DNA from: Paramixta manurensis
GTDB taxonomy: Bacteria; Pseudomonadota; Gammaproteobacteria; Enterobacterales; Enterobacteriaceae
NCBI RefSeq assembly: GCF_013285385.1
Contig: NZ_CP054213.1
Coordinates: 14,681 to 46,680, forward strand
DNA length: 32,000 nt
Direction of reading: 5' to 3'
Below, piece by piece: positions 21,685 to 30,832 of the stretch (the stretch's first letter is position 1; every line of letters begins with the position of its first letter). The translations under genes and the position numbers were made by a program. The notes below the pieces were generated by a model, which was given only the letters and a program-made list of their open reading frames with translations, was not told where the DNA came from and ran no database searches.

Positions 21685-24660
21685 TTATGAGGCTTTTTTC
21701 TGCTGTTCTCTTAACGCTTTAAGTTTTTCTTGAAAATTGCCCCTTACTTCTGAACTATCCCAAAGAGGCTGCGTTTGTTTTAAATCCTCTTCAGTGCGGC
21801 CAATTTGCTGACTTTTCACCGCACCCTGATGCTCATTCCTGAGTATATCACTGGATGTCTGAACAGTGGTTTTGTTTTCACCTATTTTCCCGTCATTATT
21901 GCTAATGGTTTCGGAATTGGCAGATCTTTGTTCTGATACTTTTCCCGCGACATTATCAGGAATACCCTTTTCGCCTGCCTGCTGGTTGATACGATTAACG
22001 CTGTTCCGGAAATCCTCAGTCATCGCAGCAGAAGGTTTTTTTGCAGGCGCAATCAGATTACGCTCCTGATTATCAATTGCCACGCCGTGACGCTGAGACT
22101 CACCTGACCGCCCATCGCCAGCCGGTTGTGAAATACCGGCCCCGCCATCCGACATCGATACTGACGGAGAGAGAGACTGTGAGTTTGCCTGCTCTGTCCG
22201 GGCACCGTAGTTCTGCATGATTTCCGGCTCCAGCCGATCCTGCATAAATTCGGTTGCTGCCGCACGGGCACTACTCACGTTGGTCAGGATATTCTGTGCA
22301 TCGTTACCGTATTTTGCTGTGGTCCAGTCAACAAAAGCCTGATTATAGTTAGCATCCAGACTGGCGCTCTGATTCTGTGCCAGTGTGGCCATCCGGCTGA
22401 ATTCCTGACTGCGTGTACTGCTTTCGGTGAACTGGTGGTACTGGCTTTTCGCATCGTTAAGTGTGGCCGCGAACTGATCTGCCTGCGAATTAGACTGGTT
22501 GTCAGTATGACTGCCGGATTCACTCAGGCGCGAAGTGGTCACCATATCCATACCCTGCCGGAAATCCCGCACGACCTGGCTGTTTTCATCATGCCGGAAG
22601 TCTTTGCCTTCTGCATGGCTGTCCTGAGTACCATGAGAGCTTCCTGACGAATGACGCCAGTCTGTATTCAGGTTCGCCTCACCGCCGGCACTCAGGCCGG
22701 TTGCCCACTTACCGAGCTTACCGGCCAGCTGGTCGCCGGAATCAAACTTAACATAGCCTCTCGCGCCAGCCCCCACACTGCCCTGATTAGAAATATCCAT
22801 CAGCTGATTATAAGCCTGTTGCTCAGACACATTATGCGACTTCGCGTAACTTTCGACGGCCGACTGCATCATGCTTGCGCCGCGTGTGGCGTTAGTGGCC
22901 ACGCTGCTGTCGCTGCCCTGCGTCAGGGTATCGCTGTTACCCTGCTGGCTCGTTAGCTGATGCATTTGCTGGAAGCCGCTGGTGACGCTGTGGTTATAAC
23001 CATCCATTGCTGACTGCGCCTGCTGCATGGCCTGTCGGGACTGCTCGGTGAAACCACTGCTGGCCAGTGAACTCAGCCGCATGTTAACCGGCAGGTTGGA
23101 TATGGCCTGACTGGTGTCATAAACATTATGCCCGTCCGCCGTTTGCGTGTGCATCGCGCCGTTCCCTAACTGATACCCCTGCGCTCCGGAGCGTTGCAGC
23201 AGGTTCGTATCAAACTTGTTGGCATTAACGTTATCCATCGACATGTTATTAAACGACCAGTTGCCGTCCGCCGTGGTTGACGCCTGTCCTCCGACTGTAA
23301 ACGCCGTTGAACTCAGCATACCGCCAACGGCCTGTGACGCTACAGAGGCCGCGCCTTTGGTCAGGAAGAACGCCAGAACCGGGATCGACATGCTGAGATA
23401 GCCCGCGATATTTGCTGCGTCAGAGTGTTGCAGCCCGACCAGGTCCGCATTGGAAAGGACCAGGTCCGTCGCCCCGGTTTTCGTCTGCAGGTAAAAGTTG
23501 GCCAGAGAATTCAGGATGGCAAACATGACTGGCCACATCTGAAGGTACAGAAAGCCGCCGGCATAGAGTTTCAGTGTGTTGAGTCCGAAAATGCTGTGAT
23601 TGACCAGCGCCAGCGCAATAACCAGCGGGAAAAGGCCTATCAGCACAAGCATCATCATCGACTGGAACATCGGCAGCGTCCGGGCCGCAATCACACCACC
23701 GGCACCCCAGCTGATACGCTGCTTCGTCAGGCTGGATTCCGTTGCGAGATTCAGCAGGTTGGCCGTATCAGACGACCGGGCAGAAAACCCTTTCCAGCCG
23801 TCACGGATGGCGCTATTAGTGACGTTATTACGCATAATCTGAGACGCACTCAGGCCGCCCTTGTAGAAAAAGTTATAGCTGTCATCCATCGCACCGCTGA
23901 GCAGTTCTTCTGCGTTCACTTTATTCCCGAATATCCGGGTTGAAAGCGCATGCCAGGTCGTTCCGCCGATGCGGATATCTGCGCCTATCAGGTTCTTAAT
24001 CACCGCCGCCGCCTGCTGACAGGTAATGAACTGGCGTCCGCTTCCGGCATCCTGGTACAACCCGCGCAGCGGACTCGGGTTACTGGTGATGAGCGTCAGC
24101 GGGTCAGTGCTGTGAAGCAGATCCGCCACCGTGTACTTTCCGTTCAGCAGAATATCGCCCACCACGCAGTTTTCCACGTAGTCCGTCAGCATCTGTGAGA
24201 GCTGAGGATTCTGCGTGCGGAAATCAGATGACTGCGCCACTATCTGCGAGCCGAACAGCATGCCGGTTTTGGTGTAGGTCAGCGAGTCCGGGCGGGCCAG
24301 CGCGAAGTCATACAGCCTTGCAACACCAAATCCCGATCCGGTAGTGAGCCCCGCGATGGCCGCCAGGCCGGCCGGCACGTTATCAACCTCATAGACCGCT
24401 GCCGGGTCCGTCACATCTATAATCTGGACACTACGTTTCGGTACCAGCAGCACTGAGGTAATGACGAAAAAAATGGCAAACCAGTGCAGGAACACCATTG
24501 GATTACGTGATTTGATAAAGCTGAACATCACGCCCAGTACGCCGAACAGGCCGACTATACGTTTTAATGTACTGTAGGTGTCGGTCCCGACAATGGTCAC
24601 CACACCGTTCAGCACCTGGCGATACATGTCCCCGCCGTAAATGGTATAGACCTCAGTCAT
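21685..24660 (-). CDS. traG: TraG mating-pair stabilisation / entry-exclusion target protein (991 aa)
   Basis: The start is at ATG 24660 (MTEVYTIYGGDMYRQVLNGV versus F MNEVYVIAGGEWLRNNLNAI), overlapping the traH stop by 8 nt. The N-terminal half is polytopic and the C-terminal half is S/Q/N-rich and periplasmic. The ORF-track start at 24756 lies inside traH. Confidence 0.9.
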   Translation of the reverse strand: MTEVYTIYGGDMYRQVLNGVVTIVGTDTYSTLKRIVGLFGVLGVMFSFIKSRNPMVFLHWFAIFFVITSVLLVPKRSVQIIDVTDPAAVYEVDNVPAGLAAIAGLTTGSGFGVARLYDFALARPDSLTYTKTGMLFGSQIVAQSSDFRTQNPQLSQMLTDYVENCVVGDILLNGKYTVADLLHSTDPLTLITSNPSPLRGLYQDAGSGRQFITCQQAAAVIKNLIGADIRIGGTTWHALSTRIFGNKVNAEELLSGAMDDSYNFFYKGGLSASQIMRNNVTNSAIRDGWKGFSARSSDTANLLNLATESSLTKQRISWGAGGVIAARTLPMFQSMMMLVLIGLFPLVIALALVNHSIFGLNTLKLYAGGFLYLQMWPVMFAILNSLANFYLQTKTGATDLVLSNADLVGLQHSDAANIAGYLSMSIPVLAFFLTKGAASVASQAVGGMLSSTAFTVGGQASTTADGNWSFNNMSMDNVNANKFDTNLLQRSGAQGYQLGNGAMHTQTADGHNVYDTSQAISNLPVNMRLSSLASSGFTEQSRQAMQQAQSAMDGYNHSVTSGFQQMHQLTSQQGNSDTLTQGSDSSVATNATRGASMMQSAVESYAKSHNVSEQQAYNQLMDISNQGSVGAGARGYVKFDSGDQLAGKLGKWATGLSAGGEANLNTDWRHSSGSSHGTQDSHAEGKDFRHDENSQVVRDFRQGMDMVTTSRLSESGSHTDNQSNSQADQFAATLNDAKSQYHQFTESSTRSQEFSRMATLAQNQSASLDANYNQAFVDWTTAKYGNDAQNILTNVSSARAAATEFMQDRLEPEIMQNYGARTEQANSQSLSPSVSMSDGGAGISQPAGDGRSGESQRHGVAIDNQERNLIAPAKKPSAAMTEDFRNSVNRINQQAGEKGIPDNVAGKVSEQRSANSETISNNDGKIGENKTTVQTSSDILRNEHQGAVKSQQIGRTEEDLKQTQPLWDSSEVRGNFQEKLKALREQQKKAS

Positions 24661-26020
24661 TGCCTGTTCCCCACTGATAATTGCCCTGATAGGACGTTGA
24701 GATAATGGTCGACACCTGTTGCTGCAGGTACTGCATGTTGCGGTCGATACCGTCAAGCGCGTTCTGATCCGAGGTGGACTGCAGCTTCATCTGCGCCAGC
24801 AGCGAGGTTGCAGCCAGCACGTTGTTACGCAGCTCGCCGGCCGCCTGTTCCGGAAAGTTTTTACCTGCCAGCGACTGGCTTGCCTGCTTCACCAGCTCCT
24901 GCAGGTACTGGATCATCATGTCCTGGGCAATGAAGTCAGCGACCTGTATCAGATAGGTCGGGCTCATTCCCATGCTGTGTGAATTGGTCAGGTATTTGAG
25001 CACCGGCACGGACGTGGTGTTTATAAATCCCTTTTCCTGATCTGACAGACCGGTGTCCGCACCCAGTTTGCCGTCGATGGAAATCATCAGGTTCTGCACC
25101 TGCTTCACCAGCGCCACGTCGCTGCTGATCGTGACATTCGTGACTGTCGGCCCCAGACAGAGATCCGGTTCGTCACAGCCGTACATTTTGGCGGTACCGC
25201 CGCGCATCAGAACGGTAATAATGTCCCGGTTATCAACCAGCGGGGTGAGAATCGTGACCTGTCCGGCGCTGTTAAAGATGATGGAGCCCACCACGCTCAT
25301 GACCAGCTCTTTCAGCTGACGGTTGCCATCGAAGAGGTGGTTACGGCCCAGCGCGTCCCAGATGAGGTTTTTGCTCTTCAGTACCTGATCTTTTTCATTT
25401 GCCGAAGCCCGGCTGGTGACGCTGTCTCCCTGCCCGCCCACCGTGCAGCCCTGACGCGATGCCGCCCAGTCAGAAAAAAGGTTGTCCGAGCCGGCAATAT
25501 CCTGACAGATTTTCTGGTTAGACAATTGCGTGACCGGCCACAGCCCGCCGATGATCCCCTGCGCGGCCTGACAGGAACTCATGTTGGACGAGTTCACGTC
25601 GGAAGCCAGCTTTTGCAGGAAGTCTTTGGCCTGCTTGAGCTCAGGTACCATCGTCTGCAATGCGAGATCGAAGGCATAGCCCGCCGCATTGCTCATGATT
25701 TGCTTTACGAAGCGCTGCAGCTCGGCGCCATTGATGAAGGAAAAGGCCCCGAGATAGGCGTCAATGCCGCCGCACCCTGCGTTGAGCGAAGGCACCTGCA
25801 TTGAAATAAGCTGTACCTGTTTGACCGGATTACGCAGATAAACAGAGCCGCCGGTGACGTAACCCGCCGCCTGCCCCTGCCAGGCCTGCGCCTTTGAGAC
25901 GTTACCGTCAAAGCCCAGGCTGCCGAAGTAGCCGTTAAGGTCGCCCTGCACATCTGCCAGCACGGGAGTACTGATGACGAACGCCGCCGCTGCGGAAATC
26001 AGAAGTTGCCGGATTTTCAT
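24653..26020 (-). CDS. traH: TraH pilus-assembly / mating-pair protein (455 aa)
   Basis: A signal peptide is present. Blocks WQGQAAGY..GGS.Y.R, LNAGCGGIDAYLG.FSFING, LQRFVKQIMSNAAGY.FDLALQT and SSCQAAQGIIGGL match F TraH. The start shares an ATGA overlap with the upstream ORF. Confidence 0.93.
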   Translation of the reverse strand: MKIRQLLISAAAAFVISTPVLADVQGDLNGYFGSLGFDGNVSKAQAWQGQAAGYVTGGSVYLRNPVKQVQLISMQVPSLNAGCGGIDAYLGAFSFINGAELQRFVKQIMSNAAGYAFDLALQTMVPELKQAKDFLQKLASDVNSSNMSSCQAAQGIIGGLWPVTQLSNQKICQDIAGSDNLFSDWAASRQGCTVGGQGDSVTSRASANEKDQVLKSKNLIWDALGRNHLFDGNRQLKELVMSVVGSIIFNSAGQVTILTPLVDNRDIITVLMRGGTAKMYGCDEPDLCLGPTVTNVTISSDVALVKQVQNLMISIDGKLGADTGLSDQEKGFINTTSVPVLKYLTNSHSMGMSPTYLIQVADFIAQDMMIQYLQELVKQASQSLAGKNFPEQAAGELRNNVLAATSLLAQMKLQSTSDQNALDGIDRNMQYLQQQVSTIISTSYQGNYQWGTGND

Positions 26021-26586
26021 AGCGAGGCCCCGGCTTTAATACGCTGCGTGAGCATTCGGGTGACAACAGGGTATTCCGGCCAGTCGTACTCTATAACCAC
26101 ACAAACCAGCCCGGGTTTACCCTGCTCCTGACGAAATCCCGTAACTTTTTCAGACAGGGCTCGAAGCGCGCGCTGCTCTTCCCGCGTCATGCCGTTTCTG
26201 ATATCGGAAATTTTCAGCACCAGATACCGGTCATCGCTCTCCGGCCATGGTTCAGACAGGCCGGCGCCAGGCGGTTCACGTGTTACGGTCGCCACAAACG
26301 CACAGGGCGGAGTTTCATCCCTGTGGGACAGGCGTCTGCCCCGAATGCGCATAATGACCTCACTCACCCCCCAGACGCTTAAGCAGCTAACTGAAAGAGC
26401 CACCATTAACCTGGCTGGCAGATGAAGAAACGATGGTAACGCCAGATTGTAAGGCCCTTCCGTCCATTGATAGACTGCGTTGCCAAGCGCGATACCACCC
26501 AGCACGACACCTGTGGAGAGAAAGAGGCAGGAAATGAGCGTCAGAATTTCATTTACCTTGCCAGATACTTTTTCAGTCATGTTCAT
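26017..26586 (-). CDS. Membrane protein at the trbF position (189 aa) with a C-terminal soluble domain
   Basis: It has ATGA overlaps at both ends (upstream stop / its start, and its stop / traH start). The N-terminal half has two or three TM segments. The last 100 aa or so are hydrophilic (DRYLVLKISDIRNGMTREEQRALRALSEKV...). The call is positional only. Confidence 0.6.
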   Translation of the reverse strand: MNMTEKVSGKVNEILTLISCLFLSTGVVLGGIALGNAVYQWTEGPYNLALPSFLHLPARLMVALSVSCLSVWGVSEVIMRIRGRRLSHRDETPPCAFVATVTREPPGAGLSEPWPESDDRYLVLKISDIRNGMTREEQRALRALSEKVTGFRQEQGKPGLVCVVIEYDWPEYPVVTRMLTQRIKAGASL

Positions 26587-26864
26587 TCATCACTCCGGTA
26601 AGCCATAAATCCCTGCCGGCGCAGCGTAATACTGACCAGCGCCCCTGCGGCAAAGCCGCCGGCAAGAGAAAGCAAAAACAGCAGCGGGAAGTCCCGCAGG
26701 CCGCCCATTAACAAACCGTCCGGACCCGATATCGCCTGCAGCATTCTCCGGCCCATTACGTCCTGAACCAGCCAGACATAGAGACCAGCCGCCAGCAGCA
26801 GCGAGACGCAGACGAGCAGAAACGCCCTCTCCGTTGATGAGAGCGTCAGGGGTTTCTCAACCAT
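26583..26864 (-). CDS. Small membrane protein at the trbJ position (93 aa)
   Basis: Two hydrophobic segments. The position matches F TrbJ, and so does the length as I recall it. No sequence recognition. Confidence 0.55.
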   Translation of the reverse strand: MVEKPLTLSSTERAFLLVCVSLLLAAGLYVWLVQDVMGRRMLQAISGPDGLLMGGLRDFPLLFLLSLAGGFAAGALVSITLRRQGFMAYRSDE

Positions 26865-26880
26865 GGTGTATTCCGTATTG

Positions 26881-27510
26881 TTACTGAGAGGTCAGCGACG
26901 AACTGGACGGTACCGGACCCAGCGTATCCGGCGGCAGATGGTCAATATCGGCTTCTATCATTTGCGCCAGCCGCTGGCTGACGGTGGCCATATCCGTATC
27001 ACCCTGATAGAGCGGGTACGCCATGTTGGTGTTCACGTTGACCATAAAGGTGGTTGGCGTGGCAATCGGCAGGCCATTGCCAAAAAACGTCAGTATTTCC
27101 CCGGCAATCGGCTCGCCTGGCCCGGCTTTGCGGGGAATTAACGCGACCGGGAATGACGTATCTCCGTAACCATCAAGCGTGTAGGGATACACCCTGATAC
27201 CCGCCTCATCAGCCCATGCCTTCAGCTTCGGGTCGAACTTCGCGCTGTAGGGGCAGGCTCGCTGCATAAAAACGACGATAGCGTAGTCGTTCAGGTTTAC
27301 CTCGCGTCCGTCCGTCAGCGTCAGCGGATTCGCGGGTTTTACGGCGCGGGTTTTGCCCGGAGCCGTACCGGGAAGGCCTAAATCCGGCAGTGATACGCCG
27401 CTTCCCTGTGTCTTGTTTTTTTCCAGCGCCGCTATCTGATCGGCCACGGATGCCTGTGCGGCCAGCGGCAGAAACAGGACAAGCAGAGAGAAAAGAGCCT
27501 TCACGTTCAT
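26881..27510 (-). CDS. trbB: TrbB thioredoxin-fold protein (DsbC-like) with a CPYS motif (209 aa)
   Basis: The signal peptide is MNVKALFSLLVLFLPLAAQA. The thioredoxin-fold block is YAIVVFMQRACPYSAKFDPKLKAW. It occupies the trbB position (ATGA overlap with the traQ-position ORF). The second active-site residue is Ser (AGC). Confidence 0.8.
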   Translation of the reverse strand: MNVKALFSLLVLFLPLAAQASVADQIAALEKNKTQGSGVSLPDLGLPGTAPGKTRAVKPANPLTLTDGREVNLNDYAIVVFMQRACPYSAKFDPKLKAWADEAGIRVYPYTLDGYGDTSFPVALIPRKAGPGEPIAGEILTFFGNGLPIATPTTFMVNVNTNMAYPLYQGDTDMATVSQRLAQMIEADIDHLPPDTLGPVPSSSSLTSQ

Positions 27511-27716
27511 AGCCTGAGCCCCTTCTCTTTCCGCGTGCGCCGGTGTTCGCGTATCTCTGAAACGATAAAGACCAGCGCGGCCAGCCCGAAACTAGTTACG
27601 GCCCCCGTCACCAGCACCTGGTGGGTCAGCGCCGGTGAGTAGTTCAGCAGTTCCCGCAGGCAGTTGAAGATGATGCCCGCCATGAACAGCGTGGCAATGA
27701 AAGGAAGTTTATTCAT
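27507..27716 (-). CDS. Small membrane protein at the traQ position (69 aa)
   Basis: GAGGT lies 6 nt upstream. Two hydrophobic segments and a basic C-terminus. It sits between the trbA-position ORF and trbB, as traQ does in F. Positional call only. Confidence 0.5.
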   Translation of the reverse strand: MNKLPFIATLFMAGIIFNCLRELLNYSPALTHQVLVTGAVTSFGLAALVFIVSEIREHRRTRKEKGLRL

Positions 27717-27727
27717 GCGTTACCTCG

Positions 27728-28183
27728 TTATGCCCTGCGGCGTATCGACCACACGATCCCGTGTGCTAACAATGAAAGCGTGACGCCGACCTTATAGAGC
27801 AACAGCAGCGTGCTGTTGAATTCGTTTACCCAGTCCGCGCGATTTTGCGGTGCCTTCACGCATAGATTGGATGGAGGAGCCGTTCGCAAATCAGATGAAA
27901 CCGGAGCGTCGTCACGAAGTGACTTAAGTGGCACGGTAGGAAAAGTTGTTCCGCGAGTGGCCTGCTGCACGCAGGCCCACACGCTGCCAGGCGGTGCGTC
28001 ACGCACCAGCTTATCGGCTTCGTTCAGGATCATCTGTCCTGCGCCGCCGGTGTTGTGCGCACCCAACAAAAACAGCATGAAAAACAACAACGCCGGGTGG
28101 ATAACAAACGTCTGCAGCAACAGATTCGTCAGGCTGTGGGCGGAGCGTAGCCGTCCGTGCCAGAGGGGCGAAAGTGTCAGCAT
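27728..28183 (-). CDS. Membrane protein at the trbA position (151 aa)
   Basis: GAGGA lies 7 nt upstream. There are N- and C-terminal hydrophobic segments. It lies directly downstream of traF. Positional call only. Confidence 0.5.
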   Translation of the reverse strand: MLTLSPLWHGRLRSAHSLTNLLLQTFVIHPALLFFMLFLLGAHNTGGAGQMILNEADKLVRDAPPGSVWACVQQATRGTTFPTVPLKSLRDDAPVSSDLRTAPPSNLCVKAPQNRADWVNEFNSTLLLLYKVGVTLSLLAHGIVWSIRRRA

Positions 28184-28193
28184 CAGGGAGTCC

Positions 28194-28988
28194 TCAGAAG
28201 TTAGGTTTAAAGCCGGTGGCCACGTTAAGAAAGCGTTTTGCCAGATCGTCCTGCGTCATGAAGCCGTAGGCGAGCGGTCGGTAGTTCTTCGACTTCGGGT
28301 CGACCAGAAACAGCGCCGGGAAATGACTGATGCCCATGCGCGCGCTCTGTCCCGCATCCGGGCGGCTGTCCGGCACCAGCGGCGACACCGTACCGTCCAC
28401 GCTTACCGGGATAAGAGAGATGTGCCGGAGCCGCGCGAAGTCGGCCACGACGCCCGCCATCTGCGCATCAATCGGGTCGTTGCCCCGGTAGAAGTAGAAC
28501 AACCCGTACTGACCAGCGAGCCGGCTGATGGCCTGCGTCTCATCCTGCTGGTCACGGGCCTGCTGTAACGGTGCCGTACTGTTGTAATGCGGATGCTCAA
28601 GGTTGTAATCCAGGTCCGGATGATCAAGCTGCGCCACCGCAAAAGACTGGCTGAACATCGAGGCATGGTCTGTCCAGAACTTCTGCCAGCGCAGAAACGT
28701 TGCCGTGTTCTCCGCTGTCGGGTAGAGAATGGCGCGGGCCAGCGCCTGCTTCGTGTAGCCCTTAAGCACCTCCGACTGTTCCGCGGGGGACAGTTTGCTG
28801 AAATCCGGGACCGCCTGCGGCACGGGTTTCGGTGCGGGCGGGGCCGGTTTTATCTTCGGTTCGTTGTACCAGTGCCAGCCCGTGAAGGGATCAGCCGGGG
28901 TCACCACCGCACTGGCAGCGGATGCATCGTCCGCCGCGGCCTGACAGGTACCGGCTATCAGCAGGCATGCAAGCAGCAGTCGCTTCAT
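28194..28988 (-). CDS. traF: TraF thioredoxin-like pilus-assembly protein without CxxC (264 aa)
   Basis: Blocks GWHWYNEP, LDYNLEHPHYN, FYFYRGNDPIDAQ, SLIPVSVDG...PL.PDSR.D.GQ, FPALFLVDPK and YGFMTQDDLAKRFLNV...FKPNF match F TraF. The start overlaps the traN stop by 1 nt (TAATG). Confidence 0.93.
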   Translation of the reverse strand: MKRLLLACLLIAGTCQAAADDASAASAVVTPADPFTGWHWYNEPKIKPAPPAPKPVPQAVPDFSKLSPAEQSEVLKGYTKQALARAILYPTAENTATFLRWQKFWTDHASMFSQSFAVAQLDHPDLDYNLEHPHYNSTAPLQQARDQQDETQAISRLAGQYGLFYFYRGNDPIDAQMAGVVADFARLRHISLIPVSVDGTVSPLVPDSRPDAGQSARMGISHFPALFLVDPKSKNYRPLAYGFMTQDDLAKRFLNVATGFKPNF

Positions 28989-30832
28989 TATTTACCTCCT
29001 GACTGCGCGTTCACCTGAGCGGCGATGCGGTCCTTTATCTGCTTCACCATCGTGGCTGAATCCGGGACTTTCTGATTTGCCATCAGGTCACTGTAAAAAT
29101 CAGAGAAATTGATGAGGTCGAAGTTGATTTTCTGCAGCTCGGGCACCGTAATCCCCCGGCAGTCGGGAGAGCTCCCGCTGCCGAAGCTGACGTGAAGCTG
29201 ATCGCGACGCCCCTGCTCCTGAATAATGCGCGCCAGCATGCCGGTGAATACGCAGTAAACCTGCTTTTTCTGTATGCAGGTACTGAGTACCGTTTTGGCG
29301 CAGGCCTCACCCACCTTCACCACCACCTTTTTCGCTTTCCCCTTGCCGATGGCCATCTCATCGCTGTTACAGTTGGCCAGACCAGCGCTGTTACCCCAGC
29401 CTGAGTCCACGCAACAGTTGGAAAAACTGGCGGAGGCCATCCTGCAACTCATGACCTGCCCGGTGAAGGCCCGGATATTGGCCTGCGTGGTGCTCTGCTG
29501 TTTTTCCACGTCTTCACCGGCGGAGGCCAGCCCGGCAAGTTTCGCGACTGCCACGTCAAAGCCACCATCGCTTTGCCCGGTTTCATCACAATTACCCGAC
29601 TGACAGAGAAAGTCTCCGCCACACAGCACACCCGATGACTGGTAGGTCGTCTGGCATTGCCAGGTTTCCGTCTGATGCGTGCACTGCCCGTCCTCCGTCT
29701 GCGTGCAGGTATGCGATGCCAGGGTGCAGTTTTTATTTCCGGACAAGTTGCCGCAGTTTCCGGGCGAATTAACGCCCGTCACGTACTCATCTGAGTACTG
29801 CCAGCAGTCGCTGTGTGCCGTAAACGTCTGGCCGTTCTGTGTTACCGTGCGGTCTCCGCCCGGATCGGTACAGACGCTGCTGACCGGCTTACTGTTTGCC
29901 GGCTTGCTGAAGCCACAAAACTCATCAAACGTCACCACGGGTTTTGCCGTGCTGGTTTTTACCTGCCCGACCAGCGTAATTTCCAGGACCCAGTCCGCTA
30001 CCGAGGTAAAATGCAGCAGATAGACCTGAGCAATGATATTGCTTGAGTTAGGGTTGAAGACGACCGGGAGGCTTTGTCCTTTCGTGATATGTTTACTCAC
30101 CGCCACCTGCTTTGTCTGGCTCATGGTGAGCGTTTGTGAAATACCGGCAACACTGACCCCCACCGCAAGCCCCCCACCGTTATCCGACGGGTTTGGTTTG
30201 TAGTAGAAGCGAATTTTTATCGCTGTCACATCCAGGTCGCTGTCCGCTTTCGCATCAAAATCAATCACCGAGCCGGAAACGCGTGCGTTGGTCAGCTTCA
30301 GTACGCTTTCTTTCGTTGTCGTTGTCGTGCCACCGACGATGGTAATTTTCCCTGTGCGGGCGCAGGTTTGTGTCGCCGCAACGTCACGGTCGCAGGAATA
30401 ATTCTGGAAAGTCGTTTTCGAAACGACTTTTTCCTGACACTGCGAGGCCGAGCCATCCACCACGCCGCTGGCGTTCTGCTCGGCGGTTTTACCGTTAGTG
30501 ATATAGGGGGCATCGGGATCAAGCGTGACGGGAGGATTTTTGGTTGCAGAGTCGTTCACTGCCTGCCCGGCCTCGTTGCCAGTCAGTGCCGTCTGTCCCT
30601 TATCCGCTATTCCGCCATCATCGCCCTGAACGCCACCGTAATAACCACTTTGTGGTGGGTTTGCGTTGTAGCCCGGGATGACCGTCGCAGGGTCTGTTCC
30701 CTTTGCTGCGGAGGTTCCCTGTGATTTATTCCCTTTGGCGAACGCCGCCCCGTCGTTATAACCCGCATCATCCGCCGTGGCGCAGAACGCCACACCACAC
30801 AGTAAGAGCACAGTGAGGATGCATTTTTTCAC
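28988..30832 (-). CDS. traN: TraN outer-membrane mating-pair stabilisation protein (614 aa)
   Basis: The start is taken at GTG 30832 (GGAGG 6 nt upstream, GTGA overlap with the trbC stop, VKKCILTVLLLCGVAFC signal). The protein is cysteine-rich. Blocks IPGYNANP, YYGGV, AFTGQ...C, SNCC.DSGWG, GLA.C.SDE, DCRGITV.ELQKI.F and FY.DLM.NQK.PDS match F TraN. The ORF-track ATG 30880 lies inside trbC. Confidence 0.92.
   Translation of the reverse strand: MKKCILTVLLLCGVAFCATADDAGYNDGAAFAKGNKSQGTSAAKGTDPATVIPGYNANPPQSGYYGGVQGDDGGIADKGQTALTGNEAGQAVNDSATKNPPVTLDPDAPYITNGKTAEQNASGVVDGSASQCQEKVVSKTTFQNYSCDRDVAATQTCARTGKITIVGGTTTTTKESVLKLTNARVSGSVIDFDAKADSDLDVTAIKIRFYYKPNPSDNGGGLAVGVSVAGISQTLTMSQTKQVAVSKHITKGQSLPVVFNPNSSNIIAQVYLLHFTSVADWVLEITLVGQVKTSTAKPVVTFDEFCGFSKPANSKPVSSVCTDPGGDRTVTQNGQTFTAHSDCWQYSDEYVTGVNSPGNCGNLSGNKNCTLASHTCTQTEDGQCTHQTETWQCQTTYQSSGVLCGGDFLCQSGNCDETGQSDGGFDVAVAKLAGLASAGEDVEKQQSTTQANIRAFTGQVMSCRMASASFSNCCVDSGWGNSAGLANCNSDEMAIGKGKAKKVVVKVGEACAKTVLSTCIQKKQVYCVFTGMLARIIQEQGRRDQLHVSFGSGSSPDCRGITVPELQKINFDLINFSDFYSDLMANQKVPDSATMVKQIKDRIAAQVNAQSGGK

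Noticed and set aside
23425-23943. 172-aa plus-strand ORF, and others at 21866-24198, inside traG
   Set aside because: Antisense to traG. The translations are rich in R/Q/H without motifs.
27810-28568. 252-aa plus-strand ORF spanning the trbA-position gene and traF; also 28587-29018 and 29192-30986 plus-strand ORFs
   Set aside because: It is antisense to well-supported tra genes and crosses a gene boundary. F has artA antisense in this area, but nothing here resembles a bona fide gene (no RBS, Arg-rich).
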